Shown here one piece after another: positions 8,292-17,383 of a stretch of DNA of 37,286 nucleotides. Under the pieces are notes generated by a model. The model had not been told where the DNA came from. It was given only the letters and a program-made list of their open reading frames with translations, and searched no databases. A program made the translations under genes and the position numbers. Origin of the DNA: an uncultured Ruminococcus sp. (GTDB lineage Bacteria; Bacillota; Clostridia; Oscillospirales; CAG-272); NCBI GenBank assembly GCA_964463735.1, contig CAYXDB010000002.1, positions 1 to 37,286 on the forward strand, read 5' to 3'. Position 1 is the stretch's first letter, and each line of letters starts with the position of its first letter.

Positions 8292-10073
8292 TTATTTTGC
8301 GAGATTCTTCTTCAAGTTGGCCAACTGATCACGCAGTTCGTGCGGCAACTTATCGCCGAACTTCTTATAATGCTCTTCGATCTCATCGGCTTCCTTGAGC
8401 CAGGTGTCACGATCCACGGTCAGGATGCCCTTCAACGTATCCATGTCCATATCCAGATCGGTGAGGTCGATATCCTCCGGCTTCGGTACATAGCCGATCG
8501 CCGTCTCGGTCGCGTCAGCCTTGCCTTCGCAACTATCGATGATCCAGTTCAGGACGCGCATATTGTCGCCAAAGCCCGGCCAGATGAAGTTCCCTTCATC
8601 ATCGGTGCGGAACCAGTTGACATTAAAGATCTTGGGGGCCTTGTCGCCCAGGCGCTTGCCCATATCCAGCCAGTGCTGGAAATAGTCACCCATATTGTAG
8701 CCGCAGAACGGGAGCATTGCCATCGGGTCGCGACGCACGACGCCCACAGCACCTGCTGCGGCAGCCGTGGTCTCAGAGGCCATAGCAGAACCGATGAACA
8801 CACCGTTCTCCCAGTTCTTAGACTGATATACCAGCGGGGCGCACTTAGCACGGCGGCCACCAAAGATGATGGCAGAGATCGGAACGCCAGCGCCTTTATC
8901 GAATTCCTCCGAAATGCACGGGCAGTTGACAGCCGGTGCGGTGAAGCGAGAGTTGGGATGTGCGGCGTAGGTCGTCTTATCGGCTTTGACGAACTTGGAG
9001 GGGTTCCACGGGTTGCCCTTCCAGTCGATCGCATTCTCCGGCGGATTCTTATCCAGGCCTTCCCACCACACGGTGTTGTTATCCAGGTTCAGTGCTACGT
9101 TGGTGAAGATGGTATTCTTCTTGGTGGACTGCAGTGCATTGAAGTTAGACTTCTCATTGGTGCCGGGTGCCACGCCGAAGAAGCCATTCTCCGGGTTGAT
9201 CGCATACAGGCGTCCATCCTGACCGATGCGCATCCATGCAATGTCGTCACCGACCGTCCAGATCTTATATCCCTTCTCACGCAGATAAGCAGGCGGGATC
9301 AGCATGGCCAAGTTGGTCTTGCCGCAGGCAGACGGGAATGCTGCTGCCACATACTTGACTTCCCCTTGCGGATTCTGCAACCCGAGGATCAACATATGCT
9401 CAGCCATCCAGCCTTCCTTCCACCCCTGGTAGGAAGCGATGCGGAGCGCAAAGCACTTTTTGCCCAGCAACACGTTACCGCCGTAAGCAGAATTGACAGA
9501 TATGATCGTATTATCCTCCGGGAACTGGCAGATATAGCGCTTCTCCGGATCGATGTCACAGGAGGCATGCAGACCACGCACCCAGTCGGTAGAGTCGCCC
9601 AGCACATCCATGACCTTCTGCCCTACACGCGTCATGATCGCCATGTTCAACACCACGTAAATGGAATCGGTCACTTCGATACCGATCTTTGCCAGGGGAG
9701 AGCCGACCGGCCCCATGGAATACGGGATCACATACATGGTGCGGCCGGTGTAAGAGCCGCGTGCGATGTCATACAGTTTCTTGTACATATCTGCGGGAGC
9801 GCACCAATGGTTGGTCGGACCTGCATCTTCCTCTTTTTCCGTGCAGATAAAAGTACGGTCCTCTACACGTGCCACGTCATTTTGGCGGGTTCTGTGCAGA
9901 TAGCACCCCGGGAGAAGATCCTCATTCAATTTGATCATTTCACCGCTCTTGACAGCCTTTGCGCGCAGTTCCTCCAGCTGTGCCTCACTGCCATCGATCC
10001 ACAGGACCTGATCCGGCTTTACAAGAGCCTTGACCTCTTCCAACCATGCGAGGATCTGTTTGTTCTTCGTCAT
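8292..10073 (-). CDS. pck: Phosphoenolpyruvate carboxykinase (GTP)
   Basis: 593-aa ORF with kinase-1a loop 'FPSACGKTN' and 'PTNHW'. Similar along its length to GTP-type PEPCK. RBS AAAGGAG. Confidence 0.95.
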   Translation of the reverse strand: MTKNKQILAWLEEVKALVKPDQVLWIDGSEAQLEELRAKAVKSGEMIKLNEDLLPGCYLHRTRQNDVARVEDRTFICTEKEEDAGPTNHWCAPADMYKKLYDIARGSYTGRTMYVIPYSMGPVGSPLAKIGIEVTDSIYVVLNMAIMTRVGQKVMDVLGDSTDWVRGLHASCDIDPEKRYICQFPEDNTIISVNSAYGGNVLLGKKCFALRIASYQGWKEGWMAEHMLILGLQNPQGEVKYVAAAFPSACGKTNLAMLIPPAYLREKGYKIWTVGDDIAWMRIGQDGRLYAINPENGFFGVAPGTNEKSNFNALQSTKKNTIFTNVALNLDNNTVWWEGLDKNPPENAIDWKGNPWNPSKFVKADKTTYAAHPNSRFTAPAVNCPCISEEFDKGAGVPISAIIFGGRRAKCAPLVYQSKNWENGVFIGSAMASETTAAAAGAVGVVRRDPMAMLPFCGYNMGDYFQHWLDMGKRLGDKAPKIFNVNWFRTDDEGNFIWPGFGDNMRVLNWIIDSCEGKADATETAIGYVPKPEDIDLTDLDMDMDTLKGILTVDRDTWLKEADEIEEHYKKFGDKLPHELRDQLANLKKNLAK

Positions 10074-10141
10074 CGTTCTTTCTCCTTTATGTAAGTTTTT
10101 TTATAACATGATCACGGGGAAGCCAACTTCCCACGTATGTC

Positions 10142-10170
10142 ATTATAACACGTTTCTGTCAAATATGCAA
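10142..10170 (-). promoter_or_regulatory. Putative sigma-A promoter of pck
   Basis: Minus strand reads TTGCAT, a 17-nt spacer, then tgTTATAAT (extended -10). The leader carries the hairpin CG(T)GGGAAG-TTGG-CTTCCCCG at about 10113-10134. Confidence 0.5.
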
Positions 10171-10320
10171 TAGGTCAAAGAAAAAATTGCAGTTTTTTCA
10201 CAGGATATTCATCCCGCCCTCTCACGCAGGCAGATGCCGCAAAGCCTCCTGCGGCCGGCAAAGGCCATGGCTGCCCTCTCTTATGCCACCAGCATTCTTT
10301 GACCGGGCAGACCGGTGCCC

Positions 10321-10349
10321 TTGACAAGAGGCCCTGTGATGGGTATAAT
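10321..10349 (+). promoter_or_regulatory. Consensus sigma-A promoter of the FtsX/ABC operon
   Basis: TTGACA (10321-10326), a 17-nt spacer, TATAAT (10344-10349), then RBS GAGGGAGG and ATG at 10380. Confidence 0.65.
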
Positions 10350-10379
10350 ATAAGGTAAGAACGATCGAGGGAGGCACAT

Positions 10380-12683
10380 ATGGCAAATCTGTGGTACTGG
10401 TTCCGCTCACATCTGCGTGCAGCATTTCACACCGTATGGCGAAAGCGGCGCAGTTATCTCCCCCTGTTCCTTTCGCTCCTGCTGGTGGAGATTCTGCTCT
10501 TCTCTCTTACTATGACCGTAGGCATCCACTATCGCACGGAATCCGACGCGATCGATGCCGAATACGATTATCACCTGTCCATTCGCGGTCTGTCGCAATA
10601 TGAAGCCTACATCCTCATGAACGACCAGCGCAGTGTCTTTACCTCCGATATGGTATACCGCATCGTGGATACGAAGGTGCATGAACAGAGCGGAAGCGAC
10701 CCTGTGTATGACGTCTATATCCGCTTCTTACCGGACAACATGAATTACGGCATATCCGGTATCTTATCACCTGCCACGCCGCAGACCTGTTTTCAGAACT
10801 TTGACCGTCGCTATTCTGACGTGTACACCGATGAAGATGGCGCCTATACGGCTACCCTGTGGTTTTCCCCCTTATACCAGACCTCCAGCCTCTATTGGCA
10901 GAATGTGGTCATCTACATCCTGCTCGTTATTCCACTGTTATGCCTTTCCGCCTGGGCGGTCCGGCGGGTATTCCTCGTCCATCTGGAAAAAGACCGGTTT
11001 ACATATGGGATCTATATGGCCTTCGGGGCAGACACCAGGCGCATGCGTTCCGTGGTCGGCTGGGAGATGCTTGCCTCTTCCTATCTGGTGGCGCCCCTTG
11101 CACTGCCCATTTCCCTTGGCGGCATGTACTGGCTTTACGCCATGCGCGATCTCCCCTTCCGCTTTGATCTTCTCCTGCTCTTATTGCCGCCACTGCTATG
11201 CATCCCCCTGGTGCTCCTCGTCATTGCGCGGCCGCTGAAAAAAATGGGGGGTACGGAGCCGCTCTCGCTCATCGCCGCCAAGGACAATGCAGACATGATC
11301 ACGCCGCCCTGCCGCACGACCCACCTATATGGCAAAGGCCTTGCACGTTGCTACGAAGGGCTCACCATCCTGCGCTACCGCCGTCATTATATCCGCCTGG
11401 CGCTGACCTCCGCCTTCCTTTGCACTATTTTCCTGTGCAGTCTCTATACCGGCTATCTGTATCGCATCCAGACACAGGTAGATCGACAGGAGCGCCCGGA
11501 TTTTTCCATCAAGTTCTCCTCTACCGATGTCCCCGCTGAAGCGCAACAGGCACTGGCCGCCCTTGCATCGGTATCACAAATGCATAAAGGCTATCCCCTC
11601 TACTCTATGGAAGAAAACGGCCTGTTTGCCGCCGCATCGGAAGAGGCGCGGCTCCCCTTGTCCGGAATCATGACAGACCCCTTGGACGACACAAAAGCCG
11701 TGTGGAACCAAAGCACGCTCGTGGGTATCACGGATGAGCAGGTGCTTGCTTATTTTTCCAGCACATACACCGTGACCGGGGATCTGGCGCGCGTTTTACA
11801 GGAGCCGGACACGATCGCCATAAGCAACACGATACGCAACCGCCAGGTCTTCCAATTCTCAGTAGGCGACACCATCTGTATCGCTACCCCAGTGTGCACC
11901 TTTTCCCCCATACCGGATGCGGATATGCTCACCGGAGATGGGCTATTGCAGGAGATGATCCTGCACACAGTTTATGAATACCATACCTACACGATCGGTG
12001 CCATCCTGGAGGACTACCCCTCTCTTACAGGCGGGATGCCCATCCTGGTAAATGCCGAGGACTTCACTGCCCTGAGCGGGCAGGTCGTGCGATCCTGCCA
12101 ACTGCACCTGTCCATCGATGCATCGATCACGGCGGACGCGTATACCAAACTGCAGGACAGCATTTATGACATTGCCCGGCAATACGGGGCGACCACGATC
12201 AGCGCCGCCAATCGCAGTTTCTATGACCGTATGCAACAGCAATTGCCAACGGAAGAACTTATGACCCTGCTGGCTGTGGTCTTTTTGTGTATGATCCCCA
12301 TTTTCTGGACGTTCTCCCAGCATATCTTTGCGCAACGGCGCTCCCTGGAACACAGCATCTTACAATCGCTGGGATACACAAAATGGCACATCTTCTTACA
12401 GCATTGTCAAGATGTCGTGTTGTTGCTCCCCAGTGTCCTGCCCGCCATCCTGTTATCCCTGTCCGGTGTGTATGCGATCTATTGGGTGGTCAACGACCTG
12501 CTCCCCTTCTTGCAGATCACCGGTACACTGTGTCTCCCCTTCTATGTCCCGACAGCGCCGTACATCCTGTGTTTTTCCCTGACGCTTACATGCTGTGCCA
12601 TCAATGCCCTGATCCCCTATTTCCGTTTCCGTTTTTCGCAGATCAAAGATCCATATGAGCCATTTGGTCAGGAGGGATTATAA
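10380..12683 (+). CDS. ABC transporter permease with two FtsX-type halves (MacB-like tandem permease)
   Basis: 767 aa. Each half has a TM, a large extracytoplasmic segment and then a TM cluster. It is followed 2 nt later by a MacB/LolD-type ATPase. Confidence 0.85.
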   Translation: MANLWYWFRSHLRAAFHTVWRKRRSYLPLFLSLLLVEILLFSLTMTVGIHYRTESDAIDAEYDYHLSIRGLSQYEAYILMNDQRSVFTSDMVYRIVDTKVHEQSGSDPVYDVYIRFLPDNMNYGISGILSPATPQTCFQNFDRRYSDVYTDEDGAYTATLWFSPLYQTSSLYWQNVVIYILLVIPLLCLSAWAVRRVFLVHLEKDRFTYGIYMAFGADTRRMRSVVGWEMLASSYLVAPLALPISLGGMYWLYAMRDLPFRFDLLLLLLPPLLCIPLVLLVIARPLKKMGGTEPLSLIAAKDNADMITPPCRTTHLYGKGLARCYEGLTILRYRRHYIRLALTSAFLCTIFLCSLYTGYLYRIQTQVDRQERPDFSIKFSSTDVPAEAQQALAALASVSQMHKGYPLYSMEENGLFAAASEEARLPLSGIMTDPLDDTKAVWNQSTLVGITDEQVLAYFSSTYTVTGDLARVLQEPDTIAISNTIRNRQVFQFSVGDTICIATPVCTFSPIPDADMLTGDGLLQEMILHTVYEYHTYTIGAILEDYPSLTGGMPILVNAEDFTALSGQVVRSCQLHLSIDASITADAYTKLQDSIYDIARQYGATTISAANRSFYDRMQQQLPTEELMTLLAVVFLCMIPIFWTFSQHIFAQRRSLEHSILQSLGYTKWHIFLQHCQDVVLLLPSVLPAILLSLSGVYAIYWVVNDLLPFLQITGTLCLPFYVPTAPYILCFSLTLTCCAINALIPYFRFRFSQIKDPYEPFGQEGL

Positions 12684-12685
12684 TC

Positions 12686-13381
12686 ATGCCGATCTTAGAG
12701 ACTGAAGAGGTCATCAAACAATATCGCCAGTCCGACGAGGTGATCACCGCCGTAAACCGCGCTACGCTCCAGGTGGAAGACGGAGAATTCGTCGCGATCA
12801 TGGGGGCATCCGGCTCCGGCAAGAGTACGCTCCTGCATCTGTGCGCCGGGCTGACCCGCCCCAATGCCGGGCGCATCTCCATCCGCGGGCAGGATATCAC
12901 CGCCATGAAGCCGGATGCCCTGGCCAGATTCCGCGGGCAGTATATCGGCATCGTCTTTCAAAGCCATAACCTCATTCCCCATCTGACGGCGCTGGAGAAC
13001 ATCCGCCTGCCCGCCATGATCTGTGAAAAAGAACGCACGCGCTACGAGGAGACCGAAAAATATCTTCTGCGCGTACTCAAGATCGGCGACCGCATCCATC
13101 ACCTCCCTGCCGCCCTCTCCGGCGGCCAGCGCCAGCGCGTTGCCATTGCCCGCGCATTGATCAATCGCCCCCAGGTACTGTTCGCCGATGAGCCGACCGG
13201 CAACCTGGACCGTGCCAACGCAGATGAAGTGCTGGAACTGCTACTGAAAATGCAAAAGGAATATGGCCAGACGCTGGTCATGGTAACGCACGACAGCAGT
13301 ATTGCCAAGCGGGCTGACCGCGTATTGGAAATGAAAGACGGGTACCTTTCCAAAAAAGATATGAAATACCGCCTGCTGTGA
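12686..13381 (+). CDS. ABC transporter ATP-binding protein (MacB/LolD-like)
   Basis: Walker A 'GASGSGKST', signature 'LSGGQRQR', Walker B 'LFADEPTG' and H-loop 'VTHD'. Confidence 0.95.
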   Translation: MPILETEEVIKQYRQSDEVITAVNRATLQVEDGEFVAIMGASGSGKSTLLHLCAGLTRPNAGRISIRGQDITAMKPDALARFRGQYIGIVFQSHNLIPHLTALENIRLPAMICEKERTRYEETEKYLLRVLKIGDRIHHLPAALSGGQRQRVAIARALINRPQVLFADEPTGNLDRANADEVLELLLKMQKEYGQTLVMVTHDSSIAKRADRVLEMKDGYLSKKDMKYRLL

Positions 13382-13421
13382 GCGCCATTGCGACGATATC
13401 TGACACATTTTACACGTTATT

Positions 13422-13465
13422 TAGGGGATATTGGTAAAAATAGCCAATATCCCCTCTGCATTTTT
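13422..13465 (+). terminator. Rho-independent terminator after the ABC ATPase gene
   Basis: 12-bp stem aggggatattgg/ccaatatcccct with a 9-nt loop, followed by ctgcattttt. Confidence 0.8.
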
Positions 13466-13489
13466 GTACAACTTTTTTCTCTAAAAACC

Positions 13490-13518
13490 CTTGCATTCTA
13501 TGGTAATATGTGGTAAAC
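13490..13518 (+). promoter_or_regulatory. Possible sigma-A-type promoter of spo0A
   Basis: TTGCAT, a 17-nt spacer, then TAAACT. No convincing sigma-H element or 0A box was seen. Confidence 0.35.
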
Positions 13519-13560
13519 TTACATCATGAACCAATTTTTACCAAGAAAGGATACAGAGAG

Positions 13561-14346
13561 ATGGAATACGCAACAAAAATACTGATAGCGGATGAAAACG
13601 CGCAGGAACGCCAGAAGATCCGCGACAACCTGGCGCGTGCCGGATATCGCAAGATCGAGGAGGCGGCCAATGGCGAAGAGGCGGTCACGCAGATCGGAAG
13701 ATCGCACCCGGATGTGGTGCTCATTGATGCCTGGTTATCCAAAATGGACGGGATCGGCGTGATACGCAATTGCAGTTCTTTTAATTTTGAACCGGATCGC
13801 AAGCCGGCCTATATTCTGATGTCTATGGCATCCAATCCCTCCATGTTCGTGGAGGCCACCAACGCCGGGGCGGATCTGTGCCTGCTGAAGCCGTTTGACT
13901 ATCCCAGCCTGTTTGAGCACATCCGTTCCTTTGACAGGCGCACAAAAGGCAGTGTGCCAACGCCCGGTGCACAGAACGCGGAAGCACGCACACCGGACCT
14001 GGAAGAACAGGTCACCGAGATCATCCATCAGATCGGCGTCCCGGCGCATATCAAGGGCTATCAATATCTGCGCACCGCGATCCTCATGACGATCGCGGAC
14101 AACGAGATCATCAACTCCGTGACCAAGATCCTCTACCCTTCCGTTGCTAAAAAGTATCAGACCACGACCAGCCGCGTGGAAAGGGCGATCCGGCATGCGA
14201 TCGAAGTCGCATGGGACCGTGGCGATGTGGACGTTTTAAATTCCTATTTCGGATATACGATACAAAACGACCGTGGGAAGCCGACCAATTCAGAATTTAT
14301 TGCGATGATCGCCGACAATCTGCGGCTAAAATACAAATTATATTGA
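13561..14346 (+). CDS. spo0A: Sporulation master regulator Spo0A
   Basis: Receiver domain ('ILIADEN', phospho-Asp context 'VVLIDAW', 'LLKPF') plus the Spo0A-specific C-terminal domain '[17 protein letters not shown]...[17 protein letters not shown]...KPTNSEFIA'. ATG 13561 follows AAAGGA. Confidence 0.95.
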   Translation: MEYATKILIADENAQERQKIRDNLARAGYRKIEEAANGEEAVTQIGRSHPDVVLIDAWLSKMDGIGVIRNCSSFNFEPDRKPAYILMSMASNPSMFVEATNAGADLCLLKPFDYPSLFEHIRSFDRRTKGSVPTPGAQNAEARTPDLEEQVTEIIHQIGVPAHIKGYQYLRTAILMTIADNEIINSVTKILYPSVAKKYQTTTSRVERAIRHAIEVAWDRGDVDVLNSYFGYTIQNDRGKPTNSEFIAMIADNLRLKYKLY

Positions 14347-14361
14347 GTGCACAAAAAATGG

Positions 14362-14387
14362 AACACCTGCGCAATCGCGCAGGTGTT
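14362..14387. terminator. Bidirectional terminator between spo0A and recR
   Basis: 11-bp stem aacacctgcgc/gcgcaggtgtt with loop aatc, flanked by an A-run and T-rich sequence. Confidence 0.7.
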
Positions 14388-14424
14388 TCATTGTATATAG
14401 GCCTACCGGATCCATGACCGCCGG

Positions 14425-15024
14425 TCACAGCGGGCGGCGCCCTTCTATGGCGCGATGCAATGTCACTTCGTCCGCGTATTCCAGATCCCCGCCCACGGGG
14501 ATGCCATAGGCCAGGCGGGTAACGGCGACCGAAAAGGGCCGTAGCATCTTTGCAAGGTATATGGCCGTTGCCTCCCCTTCTACGGTGGGGTTGGTGGCCA
14601 CGATCACTTCCTTGACCACATCATCGCCCAGGCGCGCCAACAATTCCCGTATCTTGAGCCGCTCGGGGCCTATGCCATTCATAGGAGACAGAGCGCCCCC
14701 CAGCACGTGGTACAGCCCCCGGTAGTCATGCACGCGTTCCAGCGCCAGGACGGCCTTAGCATCTTCGACCACGCAGATCGTGCTCCGGTCACGCGTCTCA
14801 TCGGCGCAGATCGGGCACAGCTCCCCCATGGATATGTTGCAACAGCAGGCGCATAGATGCACCTCACGCTTGGCCCCCAGGATGGCGGCGGCGAAGCCGC
14901 TGGCTTCCTCTTCACTGAGGTCCATGACCGAAAAGGCCATGCGCACAGCCGTCTTTCCCCCTATCCCGGGCAAGCGGCGGAAATGATCGATCAGATCTTG
15001 GAGTGGTGGTATAAAATCCGCCAT
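14425..15024 (-). CDS. recR: Recombination protein RecR
   Basis: 199 aa with an N-terminal HhH 'LPGIGGKTAVRMAF', a Cys4 finger 'CACCCN...CPIC' and a Toprim 'ICVVEDAKAV'. The start overlaps the ybaB stop (TGATG). Confidence 0.95.
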   Translation of the reverse strand: MADFIPPLQDLIDHFRRLPGIGGKTAVRMAFSVMDLSEEEASGFAAAILGAKREVHLCACCCNISMGELCPICADETRDRSTICVVEDAKAVLALERVHDYRGLYHVLGGALSPMNGIGPERLKIRELLARLGDDVVKEVIVATNPTVEGEATAIYLAKMLRPFSVAVTRLAYGIPVGGDLEYADEVTLHRAIEGRRPL

Positions 15025-15365
15025 CAGAACATCCCCGGCAATCCCATCTGCCCGGTAATTTTGGCCATTTCTTCACTGGAAACGGTCTCCACACGGCGGA
15101 TCGCCTCATTGACGGCGGCAACGATGATATCGGTCATCGTCTCAATATCCTCCGGATCGACGATATCCGGCTCTACTTGCAGAGACAGCAGTTCTTTCTT
15201 ACCGTTGATGCGCACCTTGACCATACCGCCCCCGGCTGCTACCTCATATTCTTCTGCTTCCAATTCCGCCTGCTTGGCGGCCATATCCTCCTGCATCTTT
15301 TGCGCCTGCTTCAACATGCCGGCCATATTGGACGGGCCATTCCCCTGCGGTAATCTAACTTTCAT
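15024..15365 (-). CDS. ybaB: Nucleoid-associated protein YbaB/EbfC
   Basis: 113 aa, 'MLKQAQKMQEDM...GGGMVKVRINGKKELLSLQVEP', positioned between dnaX and recR. Confidence 0.9.
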   Translation of the reverse strand: MKVRLPQGNGPSNMAGMLKQAQKMQEDMAAKQAELEAEEYEVAAGGGMVKVRINGKKELLSLQVEPDIVDPEDIETMTDIIVAAVNEAIRRVETVSSEEMAKITGQMGLPGMF

Positions 15366-15383
15366 GATGATCTCCCTTCTGCG

Positions 15384-16970
15384 TCATTGCAACGCATCTT
15401 GTATTTCTTCTATAAATTGATCGCGGCGATCGCGGTCTTCTTCGCTGATGATCTTAAAGGAACAGCGGGACAAGTCGCACCCCTCTTCTTCCACCAGTGC
15501 CGCTTTGAGCGTGAGTTCTGTATCGGGCCTTGTCAACATCTTCACCGAAAAGGGGCTGGAGGCACGCACGACATAGGCGCGGCCATCCTCCGACCGATAC
15601 GCGCGGGCGGTATCAAGGAAGCCCTGAACGCCGGGGTGGGTCTTGACGACACGGCCGATCACCTCGCTCCATGAAGTCAGCAACCGGAAGGAATGCGCGG
15701 GGTCATTGCCCGGTTCCTTCTGCTCTGTGACCGCGGGCGGCGCTACTGCGGGCGCGACCGCCTCCACCATCTCTACTGCCGGTGCCGCGGCATCTGCCGT
15801 TTGCACAGGGGCGCGATACTTCAGGCGAGAGACCTCGCCTTCCAAAACGTCCAACCGGGCCAACAGACTCTCCACGGTATCAGACAATTTCGGCTCACAC
15901 AAGCGGGTCAATGTCAATTCGGCCACCGTGCGCCGGGAAACGTCTGCCCGTGCCATGGACGCCTGTGCATCTTCCAGCAGGCGGCAGTGATACAGCAACA
16001 GGCTCATGGAAAAGCGGCCGGCCAATTGCCGTAGCGTCTCCATCTCCTCTTCTGTCAGATCTAAGTACTCCTTGGCATCCGGTACATTCTTCACGACCAG
16101 CATATCCCGGTAATATGCCAAAAGATCCCGCCAGAACACCTGCAGATCACGCGATGACATGGCTTCATCCGCGATCATCGTATAGATCGTGCTATAATCG
16201 CGCTCTACCACGGCCTGAATGAGTTTTTCGATCGTGGCACGGTTCCCCGCCCCCAGGACTTCATACACCAGGGCGGTATCGATCGCCCGGTGCGAACCCG
16301 CGCACAGTTCCAGCAGGCTGATGGCATCGCGCATGCCGCCCAATGCCATACGGGCCAGGATGCGGGCCGCATCTTCCTGCAGGTCGATCCCCTCCGCGCG
16401 GGAGATCTGCATCAGCCGTTCCACGATCACCGGTGTCGAGAGACGCCGGAAATCAAACCGCTGGCAACGGGAGATGATGGTGCTGGGGAGCTTCTGCAAC
16501 TCGGTCGTCGCCAGGATGAAGATCACGTGCGCCGGCGGTTCCTCCAGCGTTTTCAGGAGTGCGTTGAAGGCACTGCCGGACATCATGTGTACCTCATCGA
16601 TGATATAGACACGATAGCGCAGTTCCGCGGGCATGTATATGATCTCGTCTTTGATGTCGCGCACGTTATCCACGCCGGTGTTGCTGGCGGCGTCCATCTC
16701 GATCACATCGGTGACGGTCCCCGCATCGATGGCGCGGCAGGCGGCGCAGGCATTACAAGGGTTGCCATTTTGCGGGTCCTCACAATTGACGGCCTTGGCT
16801 AGTATCTTGGCGCAGGAGGTCTTCCCCGTCCCCCGCGAGCCGCAAAACAGATACGCGTGCGTAGTTTTTTGCTGTGCGACCTGATATTTGAGAATATCCG
16901 TGACCTGCTCCTGTCCGAACACTTCGTCAAACGTGCGCGATCGCCACTTGCGATACAGTGCAAGATGCAT
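15384..16970 (-). CDS. dnaX: DNA polymerase III subunit gamma/tau
   Basis: Walker A 'GSRGTGKTS', a zinc module 'CEDPQNGNPCNACAAC', Walker B 'IIDEVHMMS' and sensor 'SRCQRFDF'. ATG 16970 has AGGAGG 8 nt upstream, so the track's GTG at 16979 is unlikely. Confidence 0.95.
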   Translation of the reverse strand: MHLALYRKWRSRTFDEVFGQEQVTDILKYQVAQQKTTHAYLFCGSRGTGKTSCAKILAKAVNCEDPQNGNPCNACAACRAIDAGTVTDVIEMDAASNTGVDNVRDIKDEIIYMPAELRYRVYIIDEVHMMSGSAFNALLKTLEEPPAHVIFILATTELQKLPSTIISRCQRFDFRRLSTPVIVERLMQISRAEGIDLQEDAARILARMALGGMRDAISLLELCAGSHRAIDTALVYEVLGAGNRATIEKLIQAVVERDYSTIYTMIADEAMSSRDLQVFWRDLLAYYRDMLVVKNVPDAKEYLDLTEEEMETLRQLAGRFSMSLLLYHCRLLEDAQASMARADVSRRTVAELTLTRLCEPKLSDTVESLLARLDVLEGEVSRLKYRAPVQTADAAAPAVEMVEAVAPAVAPPAVTEQKEPGNDPAHSFRLLTSWSEVIGRVVKTHPGVQGFLDTARAYRSEDGRAYVVRASSPFSVKMLTRPDTELTLKAALVEEEGCDLSRCSFKIISEEDRDRRDQFIEEIQDALQ

Positions 16971-17007
16971 GGCACCCACCTCCTAACAGCGAACGAAATA
17001 TGAGCAG

Positions 17008-17050
17008 AAAAAAACGGCTACGCCGGGCAACACGGGGAACCCCTGTGCGC
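17008..17050 (-). terminator. Possible terminator/processing structure 3' of the SRP RNA
   Basis: Minus strand shows a GGGG-TT-CCCC hairpin with a bulge, then CGGC-GTA-GCCG followed by T7. The stems are short, so the call is weak. Confidence 0.35.
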
Positions 17051-17068
17051 CGCGCACCCGCCATACTC

Positions 17069-17377
17069 GTACCGAAGGCTGGATAAGGCCATACCCCATC
17101 ATATCGAACGCCCCATCCGCCCCGTTTACCGTGACACCTGCTCCAGACAGGCTACCTTGCGGCACACCCGGAATACTGCTTAATGCTGCTTGGTTCCCCA
17201 CCTGACATGGTTCGCAGCCCCGGATTGCGCAAGACCCATCCTTCTACACAAATGTACGCGGCACAGACAGACAAACGAGGAGCCCTCCACAACGGACGTC
17301 ACCCCTGCTACAGCGGATTTCAGGTACAGGGACCCGCTACTTCCCCGGCCAGTATGACCTTGTCCAGCATCCGGTAC
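17069..17377 (-). ncRNA. ffs: Signal recognition particle RNA, long Bacillus type with Alu domain (scRNA/ffs)
   Basis: The minus strand carries domain IV 'CATGTCAGGTGG-GGAA-CCAAGCAGCATTAAG' (GGAA tetraloop, conserved AGCAGC). The Alu-domain segment 'GGGGAAGTAGCGGGTCCCTGTACCTGAAATCCGCTGTAGCAGGGG' closely resembles, from memory, that of B. subtilis scRNA. The 5' end (17352-17377) pairs with the 3' end (17069-17094) at 24 of 26 positions. It sits upstream of dnaX-ybaB-recR, as in B. subtilis. The ends are approximate. Confidence 0.85.
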
Positions 17378-17383
17378 TCTACT

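Noticed and set aside
8274-10094. 606-aa ORF on the plus strand spanning the whole pck gene. Similar long antisense ORFs occur at 25100-26689 (529 aa), 27952-29361 (469 aa), 17502-18473, 20559-21494, 21615-22610, 33648-34157 and 34287-35057.
   Set aside because: In every case the offset to the sense gene is a multiple of 3 (for example 8292-8274=18, 28453-27952=501 and 25100-25073=27). In that frame, antisense stops can arise only from sense TTA, CTA or TCA codons, which these GC-biased genes avoid. The translations are low-complexity (rich in R, H, D, G and L) with no motifs, no RBS and no independent promoter. They are shadow ORFs that reflect codon bias, not genes.
10222-10425. 67-aa minus-strand ORF in the pck/ABC intergenic region.
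   Set aside because: It runs across the consensus ABC promoter and start codon, and it has no RBS and an Arg/Pro/Ser-rich composition.
13429-13516. Three 'tggtaa' hexamers upstream of spo0A, two of them 10 bp apart, considered as a regulator binding site.
   Set aside because: One copy sits in the terminator loop and the other two overlap the putative promoter spacer and -10. The motif does not match a 0A box (TGTCGAA) and is too short to be significant on its own.
16860-16875. A6 run in dnaX, considered as a possible programmed -1 frameshift site (E. coli tau/gamma style).
   Set aside because: The run reads CAA AAA ACT at codons 34-36. It is not an X XXY YYZ heptamer in frame, and it lies far too close to the N-terminus to yield a functional gamma subunit. 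No A AAA AAG site was noticed elsewhere in the gene.
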